From positions 11,740-43,739 of the forward strand of contig NZ_JAHDSX010000019.1 in NCBI RefSeq assembly GCF_020969955.1: a stretch of 32,000 bases of DNA, in the 5' to 3' direction. Made by a program: the position numbers and the translations under genes. The notes beneath the pieces were generated by a model that was not told the DNA's origin, searched no databases, and saw only the letters and a program-made list of their open reading frames with translations. Numbering within the stretch: the first letter of the stretch is position 1; each line of letters starts with the position of its first letter. This DNA is from Allobaculum fili (GTDB lineage Bacteria > Bacillota_I > Bacilli_A > Erysipelotrichales > Erysipelotrichaceae). This document shows, piece by piece, positions 8,295-16,817 of this stretch.

Positions 8295-9512
8295 TTAGAG
8301 CCAGAAGGCAAAGGCAGCAGTAATGGAATCGATGATGGATGCTGGATCGACAGCCGATGCCGGGGCGGAAGATGTCGGATCCTGAATGATCCACATGCCG
8401 TTTTCATCTACGCCAGTCGCTACGAGGAAATGCGGATTTTCGTTGTCGCCCTGCTGGAGAATGACAATATCGCCGGCGGCAAGCGCGTCTCCGATCTGCG
8501 TCTGGTAAGCGGGCAGCGGATTCATCGGAATGCCCCAGTTTAAAGCGGCTCCCGCGAAAATGGAATCGCCGTCGCGAGCGGGCGTTAGATCGTATTCATA
8601 TTGACGGGCAAAATCCGCAACCGTAACGGGGTTGAACGTCGGATCCTGAAGAAGCCAGGAGAACACTTCGGAAATGGCGGTCGGGGCGCCTCCGGTCTGT
8701 ACGAACAGGCCGTTTCCATACTGCATATAGCCCCAGTCCGGATTGGCAGTTTTCAGATCCTGCAGCGCGTCGGTTGCAATCTGCGCGTCCCGGTTGCCGT
8801 CCTTGTTGGCACTCGGATAAGCGAGAATGAAATCCACCATGGATGGATCCGAGGCGGCCAGATTGACGATGGCTCCAGGCCATGCCGAAGAATCGGTAAA
8901 GAACTGCTCGAACAGACGGACTTTTTCCGGCTGCTCCGGAACCGTAATTTCACTGGTCGCATTCAGCTGATCCCGTGCAGCTGCATCGCCGTTTTTGGCG
9001 GCTTCGATCGTTGTCAGAAAGGATTGATCGTACGCGTCGAGAGCGGCCTGCTTCATTGTGTTAAATGCGCCTTCGTCCCAGTCGTCCGGCTTAACGGCAT
9101 TGTTGACCAGGGCGGTAAAGTCATCGTACTGCTTCATCGCCTCGGTTTCGGCGGTCTGGTATGCCGAAGAAGAAGGCATGCCTGATTTGTGATGGAGATA
9201 GACGACCGCAAGCAGAGACGTCAGCGTCACGGCCAGAACCAGAATCAGAACGGGAAGAACAAGCGATCCCTTTCGTTTCTTTGGCTTTGCCGGTGCCGGC
9301 TGCGCTTTGCGCGAGCGGGAAGACCGGGATGGAAGATCGACTTCATAGTCGTCTTCTTCGTCATAGTTTTCGTCATCCCAGAGCTCTTCATCCGCGAGAT
9401 CTTCATCAAATAACTGACGCTCTTCCTTTGGGGAAGGGCGCCTGGACGCTTCGCGAGTGGCAGCCTCCCGATTCGCCTTGCGGCTTTTTGGTTTTTCTGT
9501 GTTATTTTTCAT
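8295..9512 (-). CDS. Membrane-anchored protein with an extracytoplasmic C39-like (Peptidase_C39_2/YvpB-like) domain lacking the catalytic Cys
   Basis: 405 aa. It has an ~85-aa charged N-terminal tail (basic stretch, then the acidic run DEDLADEELWDDENYDEEDDYEVDL) and one TM (LVLPVLILVLAVTLTSLLAVVYL). The C-terminal region NPDWGYMQYG..TGGAPTAISEV...NPHFLVATGVDENGMWIIQDP follows the C39_2 pattern (DPxW, xCGPT, GHFxV..G.D..G...DP). The whole protein has no Cys. Confidence 0.7.
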   Translation of the reverse strand: MKNNTEKPKSRKANREAATREASRRPSPKEERQLFDEDLADEELWDDENYDEEDDYEVDLPSRSSRSRKAQPAPAKPKKRKGSLVLPVLILVLAVTLTSLLAVVYLHHKSGMPSSSAYQTAETEAMKQYDDFTALVNNAVKPDDWDEGAFNTMKQAALDAYDQSFLTTIEAAKNGDAAARDQLNATSEITVPEQPEKVRLFEQFFTDSSAWPGAIVNLAASDPSMVDFILAYPSANKDGNRDAQIATDALQDLKTANPDWGYMQYGNGLFVQTGGAPTAISEVFSWLLQDPTFNPVTVADFARQYEYDLTPARDGDSIFAGAALNWGIPMNPLPAYQTQIGDALAAGDIVILQQGDNENPHFLVATGVDENGMWIIQDPTSSAPASAVDPASIIDSITAAFAFWL

Positions 9513-9518
9513 GACGAT

Positions 9519-9527
9519 ATTTTAACA
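9519..9527 (-). promoter_or_regulatory. Extended -10 element (TGTTAAAAT) positioned for a leaderless transcript of the 8295-9512 gene
   Basis: The minus strand reads TGTTAAAAT-ATCGTC-ATG. The -10 hexamer ends 6 nt before the start codon, and no SD precedes the ATG. Confidence 0.4.
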
Positions 9528-9705
9528 TACGGCTGTTCCCGGTCGAATACGCCATACTAAATTCAGCCAAATTGATGGGCACGCCAGCGCTTTGTCAACG
9601 CTGACGCACTAGACGCGGCACGATATGAAAACCTTTTCCTTTTTTACAGGACGAGCCCAAAGAAAAAATACGGCGCAATTTGGAAAAGCTGCGCCGCTTA
9701 GAAAA

Positions 9706-9733
9706 TTGAAAGCTGAAAGATTTCTTTTACAAT
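9706..9733 (+). promoter_or_regulatory. SigA-type promoter for the GDPD gene
   Basis: TTGAAA (9706-9711), 16-nt spacer, TACAAT (9728-9733). It is oriented toward the CDS that starts at 9876. Confidence 0.55.
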
Positions 9734-9875
9734 ACCGTATTGTGTGCCGCCCATTTCGCGGCGTTTTTGAAAGCGCACAGGATCCGATTGCCCAATGCGG
9801 CTTCTGGTTTCAACGGTCGGAACGCTCTTAGCATCCGCTATAAATGAAAAGGCCAGAACTGGAAACAGGAGAGAC

Positions 9876-11108
9876 ATGAATACAAACCATAACGATACAA
9901 ACCCAAATCCGTCTGCTTCTTCCCGACTCGAAGAGAAGGACTGGCAATGGGAAAGTCCGGAAGAAAAAGAACGAAACGACAGGCTGTTTTCCTCAAGCGC
10001 TGCCGATTCGCTGGCCTCTCTTTCCAGAACACCGGACAAAACCGGCCGACGGACCCGAAAAAACACAGAACAGACGATGAAGAAAACGGCTTTGAAAAAA
10101 GAGCCGGCCAGTCGCGCCGATCAGAGCGCTCACTCTGCCGCTTCTTCAGCGTCAAATCGGACGAGTGCGCGAAAAGCCGGGAAGCAGGCGGCGCGAACGT
10201 CCGCAGGAAAACCTGTGAAGAAGCACCATTTTATGCGACGTACGCTGATCGGCCTGCTGGCGTTTGCGGCGGCCTCCTTTGGGGCGTATAAAATTTATCC
10301 GCTCGTGGCCGGACCGCAGATCGGCTCCGCCTCGCTTTCTTCCGAGCAGATCGATGAAATGGTCCGCAGCCGTCTGATGAACCAGACGAGCCGCAATCTG
10401 CAGCGCATTCCCGTCTTCGCGCACCGCGGCTTTGTCGAAGACAATCTGGACAATACGTTCGCTTCGTTCGATCTGGCGCTGCTTTCCGGCTGCCCCCAGG
10501 TCGAGCTGGATGTACGCACCAGTTCGGACGGTGTGCTGTATGTCTGCCACGACGATTCGCTGAAAGGACCGGCGGGTCTGGACTGGAACATTACCGAACA
10601 TACGAGCGAAGAACTCGACCAGATCATTTTGCATAACGGAGAAAAGCTGCACCGCCTGTCGGAAGTAATCGGCCGCTATCGCGATCAGCTCATTTACCTG
10701 ATTGAATTCAAGGACGATCGAAACGATCCTCAGCCGTTTCTGGATGTCGTCGAAGCGTATCCCCAGTACGCTTACACGATGCAGGTGCAGTCCTTTTATA
10801 CCGGCATTCTCGAAGCCATCCACGAAAAGCTGCCGAACATGTTTGTTCAGCTGCTCGTCAATAAATATACGGAAATCGATCCGGCGCTAGGCTGCGACTG
10901 GCTGGATTCGCTTGCGCTCGATGAAAAGCTCATTTCGCAAAAGCGGATCGAGCAGATCCATGCGGCAGGCAAGGAAGTCTGGCTCTGGACCGTCGATGAT
11001 CCCGATGCCATTCACCGCTATCTCTCATGGGGTGCTGACGGGGTCATTACCGACACGGAAAACGCCGTCCTCATTTATAAGGAAATGGCACAGAGCGCAC
11101 AAAACTGA
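9876..11108 (+). CDS. Membrane-anchored glycerophosphodiester phosphodiesterase (GDPD/GlpQ-UgpQ family)
   Basis: ATG 9876 with AGGAG 4 nt upstream. The ~145-aa S/K/R/E-rich N-terminal tail is followed by a TM (LIGLLAFAAASFGAY). The GDPD motifs are VFAHRGF..DNTFASF, VELDVRTSSDGVLYVCHDDSL and VWLWTVDD. Confidence 0.85.
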   Translation: MNTNHNDTNPNPSASSRLEEKDWQWESPEEKERNDRLFSSSAADSLASLSRTPDKTGRRTRKNTEQTMKKTALKKEPASRADQSAHSAASSASNRTSARKAGKQAARTSAGKPVKKHHFMRRTLIGLLAFAAASFGAYKIYPLVAGPQIGSASLSSEQIDEMVRSRLMNQTSRNLQRIPVFAHRGFVEDNLDNTFASFDLALLSGCPQVELDVRTSSDGVLYVCHDDSLKGPAGLDWNITEHTSEELDQIILHNGEKLHRLSEVIGRYRDQLIYLIEFKDDRNDPQPFLDVVEAYPQYAYTMQVQSFYTGILEAIHEKLPNMFVQLLVNKYTEIDPALGCDWLDSLALDEKLISQKRIEQIHAAGKEVWLWTVDDPDAIHRYLSWGADGVITDTENAVLIYKEMAQSAQN

Positions 11109-11172
11109 GTTCGACAGGAAATGCGTACTTCCAGACGCGTCTGAAGAATTGAGCAGTACAGGAATTGGAAAC

Positions 11173-11215
11173 AAAAGGCAGAAGAAAAGGGGGTTCCGCT
11201 TTCCTTCTGCCTTTT
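11173..11215 (+). terminator. Rho-independent terminator of the GDPD gene
   Basis: Perfect 12-bp stem AAAAGGCAGAAG (11173-11184) / CTTCTGCCTTTT (11204-11215). The GC core is GGCAGAAG/CTTCTGCC, and a T-run ends the 3' arm. Confidence 0.75.
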
Positions 11216-11269
11216 GAAGTTCTGGAAAATGAAAAGATAATCCGAAAATTAGCAGAAAGACCCACCTGT

Positions 11270-11321
11270 CCGGAAAAGATAAAATCCCTGCAAAACCGTT
11301 CGCGTTTTCCATCTTTTCCGG
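11270..11321. repeat. Perfect 11-bp inverted repeat in the ftsA upstream gap
   Basis: CCGGAAAAGAT (11270-11280) and ATCTTTTCCGG (11311-11321), separated by 30 nt. GAAAAGATAA also occurs as a direct repeat at 11231-11240 and 11273-11282. Confidence 0.85.
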
Positions 11322-11669
11322 ATCAAAGAGGGATCTGAAATGAGAACAGCCGGGCGGGCAAACGAGTCACTGCCTCGCCAGAAAAGAAACAGAATGAAAA
11401 AGGAACCGGCAGCCCGTCTGAAATCGGTGCCGTTTCCATCGGACTGAACCTGGCGCACCGCCAAAAAGCACCGGCGTGCGGAAAAAGAAAATGCCGGTGA
11501 AAAAGGAAAAATTCAAAGACATTCGGGCAAAATGTTATACTGAAGGTCGCGTCTTCCCAAAGAAGAGCGTCCTGTCTGAAATAAAGCGATTTCTGGTTTG
11601 CGGGCAGGGAATACAAATGAATTTCCAAATGCTTGAGCATATAATATAAAACAGAGTGAAGGAGATCTT

Positions 11670-12926
11670 ATGGCGAAAAAAAGTGTCTACGCTTCCATCG
11701 AAATTGCCGACCGGGAAGTACGGCTTGCAGTCGTGGAAATCTTTAATAACCGAAGCAATGTTTTACGCGTGGAGCGCTGCGCACACTCCGGTATCTCCAA
11801 CGGAAAGATTACCGATGAAAAAGAAGTAACCAACGCCGTGAAACAGGCCCTCAGTCAGGCAGAAAATGCGCTTGGCTACCGCATCGAACGCGTTCTGCTC
11901 GCGGTTCCCAGCCGCGGCGTCAAAAACGTCAATACCAAAGTGCACATCGATATCGACGACGGTACGCATACCGTTCGCCGCTTCCATCTTCAGCAGGGGC
12001 TGAAGACGGCGATGCATGCCGCAAGCTTTGACGACGAAGTGCTGATCAACGTCAACCGGATTCAGTATTTCATCGGGGCCACCCATCTTGATGAGATGCC
12101 GTTTGGCTGCGATGCGGCGGAATTCGATATGGACGTCGATCTGCTGTATGGAAACCGGGAACTGGTGTTCTCCTATGTCAAGGCAGTGGAAGATGCCGGC
12201 ATTCAGGTCATGGACATTGCGGTCGATCTGTACGCAGCCGCAAAGGAAACCGGATCGCTTCTGCAGTCCGCGGACGCGCCGGTCATTCTGATCAGCCTGG
12301 AGGCCGATCATACCGCGCTGGCCCTGCTCAATCAGAACAAAATCGCCTTCTGTGCTGTGATTGATCAGGGATACCAGTCCTTCATTGAAAAGCTTCAGGA
12401 TCGCTATCAGCTTTCCGACAGCGCCGCATGGCGTCTGCTCGAAAACCTCTTCAGCGTTCCGAAGGAAGACGATGAGGACCGTGTGATCTACATTGAACAG
12501 CAGGAAAATCGCCGTGTGGAAATCACTCGAAAAGAACTGGCCGATGCCGTTCTGCCCCGCATGCGCAGCTGGATCGCGGAAATCAATGCCGCCTGTCAGG
12601 CGATTGTAAGCCAGACCAAAGCCCGCTATCTGATTACCGGTCAGGGCTCGAACATTCCGGTTCTGCGCGATCTGCTCAAGGATTTCAATGCGTCTGCGGA
12701 CGTTTATTCCGTTTCGAGCATCGGTGCCCGCAGCGGATGCTTTGTCGTGCCGCTGGGCATGGCGTACGTCTGGGAAGACGGCAATGAAATTCAGGGCCGC
12801 GACAAAATTTCCGTCAATAACAACGAACTGGAAGAAAGCATCGAGTCCATTACCCGCTATGTCAAAGATGAAGAAGGCGGATTTACCCGTAAGCTCAAGC
12901 GCGTAATACTTACGTCGAAAAACTAG
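11670..12926 (+). CDS. ftsA: Cell division protein FtsA (divergent actin-like ATPase)
   Basis: 418 aa, GAAGGAG upstream of ATG 11670, immediately upstream of ftsZ. The N-terminus VYASIEIADREVRLAVVE...NGKITDEKEV...LGYRIERVLLAVPS fits the FtsA phosphate-1 and subdomain layout. The sequence is diverged. Confidence 0.8.
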   Translation: MAKKSVYASIEIADREVRLAVVEIFNNRSNVLRVERCAHSGISNGKITDEKEVTNAVKQALSQAENALGYRIERVLLAVPSRGVKNVNTKVHIDIDDGTHTVRRFHLQQGLKTAMHAASFDDEVLINVNRIQYFIGATHLDEMPFGCDAAEFDMDVDLLYGNRELVFSYVKAVEDAGIQVMDIAVDLYAAAKETGSLLQSADAPVILISLEADHTALALLNQNKIAFCAVIDQGYQSFIEKLQDRYQLSDSAAWRLLENLFSVPKEDDEDRVIYIEQQENRRVEITRKELADAVLPRMRSWIAEINAACQAIVSQTKARYLITGQGSNIPVLRDLLKDFNASADVYSVSSIGARSGCFVVPLGMAYVWEDGNEIQGRDKISVNNNELEESIESITRYVKDEEGGFTRKLKRVILTSKN

Positions 12927-13152
12927 CGGCTTCACCCTTGCCGGAAAAACGAATCATACGATTCGGATTTGACGCAAGATTGGAAAACAGAAAACCAAAA
13001 ACGGAAATATCCGACAGAAAACCTGTACGATAGGATATCAGGACAAATGAGCGTAAAATGCGGCCATACAGGCGCATATCGCGCTTGTCTGAAGTCTTTA
13101 TGGACATAGGATTATCGAACCATCGAAACAAGGAATAAAGGAGAGTATTCAC

Positions 13153-14271
13153 ATGCCAGAACTGAATCAGAGAGCGAATATTAAAGTCATTGGCGTTGGC
13201 GGCGGCGGAAGCAATGCGGTCAATCGCATGGTTATGGACGGACTGCAGGGCGTAGATTTCTACATCGCCAACACGGACGTTCAGGTTATGAAAAGTTCCC
13301 CGGTAGAAAAGAAAATCGTACTGGGCAACGATTCGACCAAGGGACTTGGTGCCGGAGGCAACCCGGAAGTCGGCCGTAAAGCTGCAGAAGAAACTGAATC
13401 CGAAATCCGCGAAGCCATTAAGGGCGCGGACATGGTTTTCATTACCGCTGGAATGGGCGGCGGAACCGGAACCGGTGCTGCACCGCTCGTAGCCAAGCTG
13501 GCGAAAGAAGAAGGCGCGCTGACGATCGCGGTCGTTACCCGTCCGTTTACATTTGAAGGCAAACGCCGTTCCAACAATGCGGAACAGGGCATTGAGGAAC
13601 TGAAAAAATATGTCGATTCCCTGATCGTTGTTTCCAACGACAATCTGCTTGAAGTCATCGGCCGCAAGCCGATCGAAGAAGCCTTCCAGGCTGCAGACAA
13701 CGTACTTCGTCAGGGCGTTCAGACCATTTCGGATCTGATTGCGGTACCTGCCCTCGTGAACCTTGACTTTGCGGACGTTCGTTCCGTAATGGCCAACCAG
13801 GGTCGTGCTCTGATCGGTATTGGTATGGCAGACGGCGAAGACAAAGCGCTCAACGCTGCAGAAAAAGCCATCCAGTCCCCGCTGCTCGAATCGGATATTA
13901 CCGGCGCAAAATCGGCGATCATCAACATCACCGGCGGCGACAAGGTTTCCCTGTATGATGCACAGAACGCGGTTGCGGTGATTCAGGATGCAGCCGGCGG
14001 CGACATCGACACCATTTTCGGTATCGCTATTAACGAACAGCTCGGCGACGCGATCATCGTTACCGTTATTGCAACGGGCTTTGAAGACGACGACGCACCG
14101 GCAGCGCGCAAGGCCGCAGTAAAGGGCGGAACCAAAAAGGCAGAACCTGCCGCTAAGGTTTCTTCCCTGTACACACAGCCGCAGGTAACGGCTGGCCGTG
14201 CTTCGGTAAGCGCGGAAGTCAAAGCGTCCGAGGATGAAAACATCCCGGATTTCTTCTTCCAGAATCGCTAA
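13153..14271 (+). CDS. ftsZ: Cell division GTPase FtsZ
   Basis: [17 protein letters not shown], the tubulin signature [15 protein letters not shown] and TRPFTFEG motifs. The C-terminal peptide is [20 protein letters not shown] lies upstream. Confidence 0.97.
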   Translation: MPELNQRANIKVIGVGGGGSNAVNRMVMDGLQGVDFYIANTDVQVMKSSPVEKKIVLGNDSTKGLGAGGNPEVGRKAAEETESEIREAIKGADMVFITAGMGGGTGTGAAPLVAKLAKEEGALTIAVVTRPFTFEGKRRSNNAEQGIEELKKYVDSLIVVSNDNLLEVIGRKPIEEAFQAADNVLRQGVQTISDLIAVPALVNLDFADVRSVMANQGRALIGIGMADGEDKALNAAEKAIQSPLLESDITGAKSAIINITGGDKVSLYDAQNAVAVIQDAAGGDIDTIFGIAINEQLGDAIIVTVIATGFEDDDAPAARKAAVKGGTKKAEPAAKVSSLYTQPQVTAGRASVSAEVKASEDENIPDFFFQNR

Positions 14272-14314
14272 TTCCATAAAAGATTTGGAAACGATTTAAT
14301 TTTGAAAATTACAG

Positions 14315-14347
14315 AGCGAAAGGACCGAACAATCCTTTCGCTTTTTT
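14315..14347 (+). terminator. Rho-independent terminator of ftsZ
   Basis: Perfect 10-bp stem AGCGAAAGGA (14315-14324) / TCCTTTCGCT (14333-14342), then a T-run. Confidence 0.85.
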
Positions 14348-14567
14348 GATGGAAAATGGGCATGCAGCCAGACAGCCGGACGAAAAAATTATGTTCAATT
14401 TTGTGAAATCCAAACCCCTCAATCTCGGTCCAGAAAGAGAGCTTTGAACGAAAAAGCAGATAAATTAACAACAAAGTGTTTTAATAAAGAGTATAGACGA
14501 GCTATCTGTTCCACTTTCTGACAATGGATCGGAAAATGGACAGAAAAAGGGCGGATTCTTGCCTTTG

Positions 14568-14596
14568 TTGCATTTGGTGCCGCCTCTCTTTATGAT
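14568..14596 (+). promoter_or_regulatory. SigA-type promoter for the LCP gene
   Basis: TTGCAT (14568-14573), 17-nt spacer, TATGAT (14591-14596). GGAGG at 14612-14616 and ATG at 14623. Confidence 0.6.
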
Positions 14597-14622
14597 GAGT
14601 TCGAAAATTCTGGAGGTTTACT

Positions 14623-16614
14623 ATGTCTTCACCACGACAATCAAGGCCGGAGAATCGGCGTACTTACCGTAATTCCGCACCGAAAAGCACCAGAAGATCG
14701 AACCCCCAGGGCCGGCGTTCTTCTGGAGCAGAAGACTGGTACGATGACGATTACGAGTACGTAAACGTCTCTTCGAAAGCCAGCCGCCGCAAGGCACCGA
14801 CTGTTCCCAGTTCCGTCCGGAAAAAGAAAAAACGCAATCGCCGTCCCGGCATTCTGGCCTGGCTGATCAGCCTGGCTGCCTTATGTGCCGGCGGCTATTT
14901 CATTTTTGAGCTCTTCCGTCTCGACATTTTGCCGCTGATGTATCTCTTCATTTTCGTGGCCGTTCTCAGTCTGCTTCTTCTGCTTTTTGTGTGGATCTGG
15001 CTGGGCAAGACACGGCGGCCGGTATCCAGGACGATCATGGCTATTCTTGTGATCGTACTTGGCGTCGGCTGCGGCGTGGGTGGCGTCTATGCGCGGGCGA
15101 CCGAAGATATGTTTACGGAAATTTCCTCGCTGACGGATCGCAAAGCCAACGTCATTTCCTTTTATACGCTCAAAGGCAACCATATTACGGAACCCGATCA
15201 GCTTAAGGACGGTACGGTAGGCTATGTAGACGGTCTCGATTCCCATACGCAGGACGCGTTAGAAAGCCTGCGCAAACAGGGCGCTTCCTTTACCCCCGTG
15301 CAGTACGATTCGATCTACTCGCTGGTCGACGCGCTCTTCGATCATGAAGTGACCACGATCGCCTTCCCGGAAAACAATCATGAAGAGCTGTACGAGGCCG
15401 CTAATGACGAAAACCAGTACAGCGCGCTGAATACGTTTGCCAACATCACGGACGAATACATTTACTATACCGATCGCGACGCGTCGTCTATCACGCCGTC
15501 CGATCCGGTTGCCAACATCATGAGTGATCCCTTTACGGTCCTGATTTCCGGAAACGACAGTTACGGAACGATCGATACGGTTTCCCGTTCGGATGTAAAC
15601 ATGTTAGTGACGGTGAATCCGCGAACCGCACAGATTTTGATGATCTCCATTCCGCGTGACACGTATGTGACGGTATCCTGCGAAAAGAATTCCCGTGCCT
15701 GCGAAGCGGTGGACGGCTCGACCGATAAGCTGACCCATACCGGCATTTACGGCGTGGGCACGACGGAAAGCACGATTGAAGATTTCCTGGGCGTGCCGAT
15801 CAATTACTATGTACGTGTGAACTTCTCGTCGCTGATCAATCTGATCGATGCGGTCGGCGGCGTGGATATTGATGTACCGGAAGGACAGGAAGTGGAACGC
15901 TTTTACGCCAACGGAGAAGAAGGCGTGCATGCGGGCGTCAATCATCTCGACGGCGACCGTGCGCTTGCCTTTGCCCGGGAACGTCATGCGTATGTCGACG
16001 GCGACAACCAGCGTGTCAAAAATCAGGCGATGGTCATGAAGGCGCTGATTCGCAAATGCATGTCTCCATCGATGTTCATCAACTACCCGAAGGTGGCCAA
16101 AGCAGTATCGACGGCGATCGATACGAACATGAGCGCCCGGGAGTTGAAATCCCTCGTGACGCTGGAAATTGCCAGACGTCCGGACTGGAACATTCAGAAC
16201 TATGCCATTGCGGGCGAATCGTCTTTTGAATACTGCGCGACGCTCAATACGACGGCGAGCGCTTCCATCGCCGTTCCGTCCATGGTGGAATACGCGAAAT
16301 CGCTTATCGCGGATGTGCGTGCAGGCGAAACGATCGAAATTTCTCCCGAAGCCATTACCCCGTCGGTCGATCTCACACAGGATCAGACCCAGACGGAACA
16401 GGATAATGCCTACAACGAACCGCTCGTTACCGATCCGTACGGCTATGGTCAGGATTATGTCGATCCTGGCTACGATCCGTATCAGCAGCCGGCGCAGGAT
16501 TACGGCTATACCGATCCGAATGTGCAGTACGATGCCTGGGGCAATCCCATCGATCCTTCGGCGAGTCCGTTCATCGGCTATGACGAATGGGGCAATCCGA
16601 TCTACGGCGGATAG
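14623..16614 (+). CDS. LytR-CpsA-Psr (LCP) family glycopolymer-peptidoglycan ligase with an accessory domain and a Tyr/Asp/Pro-rich C-terminal tail
   Basis: 663 aa with a basic/acidic cytoplasmic tail and TM segments. The LCP motifs are intact: VLISGND, SRSDVNMLVTVNP, MISIPRDTYV, DKLTHTGIYG, INYYVRVNF..LIDAVGGVDIDV, ALAFARERHAYVDGDNQRVKNQ. Confidence 0.9.
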   Translation: MSSPRQSRPENRRTYRNSAPKSTRRSNPQGRRSSGAEDWYDDDYEYVNVSSKASRRKAPTVPSSVRKKKKRNRRPGILAWLISLAALCAGGYFIFELFRLDILPLMYLFIFVAVLSLLLLLFVWIWLGKTRRPVSRTIMAILVIVLGVGCGVGGVYARATEDMFTEISSLTDRKANVISFYTLKGNHITEPDQLKDGTVGYVDGLDSHTQDALESLRKQGASFTPVQYDSIYSLVDALFDHEVTTIAFPENNHEELYEAANDENQYSALNTFANITDEYIYYTDRDASSITPSDPVANIMSDPFTVLISGNDSYGTIDTVSRSDVNMLVTVNPRTAQILMISIPRDTYVTVSCEKNSRACEAVDGSTDKLTHTGIYGVGTTESTIEDFLGVPINYYVRVNFSSLINLIDAVGGVDIDVPEGQEVERFYANGEEGVHAGVNHLDGDRALAFARERHAYVDGDNQRVKNQAMVMKALIRKCMSPSMFINYPKVAKAVSTAIDTNMSARELKSLVTLEIARRPDWNIQNYAIAGESSFEYCATLNTTASASIAVPSMVEYAKSLIADVRAGETIEISPEAITPSVDLTQDQTQTEQDNAYNEPLVTDPYGYGQDYVDPGYDPYQQPAQDYGYTDPNVQYDAWGNPIDPSASPFIGYDEWGNPIYGG

Positions 16615-16640
16615 CCAAACCTTTCCTTTGAATTTTGTTC

Positions 16641-16674
16641 AGGCGAAAAGCAAATCGAAGCTTTTCGCCTTTTG
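16641..16674 (+). terminator. Rho-independent terminator of the LCP gene
   Basis: Perfect 11-bp stem AGGCGAAAAGC (16641-16651) / GCTTTTCGCCT (16660-16670), followed by TTTGT. Confidence 0.8.
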
Positions 16675-16817
16675 TCTGAACCGGCAAAACGGTTCGCCTG
16701 GACGTGAGGCCCTTCTGCCTTTCCGCGCTCCTGCCGCTCTGTTTCCGCAGGACTGGAAACAGGGGAAAAAAGAGGAAATGAGCAGGGAAGGACTGAACCC
16801 GATATAATGAGGATGTT

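Noticed and set aside
11323-11640. A minus-strand 105-aa ORF in the ftsA upstream gap.
   Set aside because: It has no SD, an odd F/L/P-rich composition, and spans hairpins and a promoter-like element. I treat the gap as non-coding apart from the speculative 35-aa + strand ORF listed in the findings.
11763-14277. Minus-strand ORFs of 390 aa and 455 aa (11763-12935 and 12910-14277).
   Set aside because: They are antisense to ftsA and ftsZ, which are confidently identified. Same shadow-ORF artefact.
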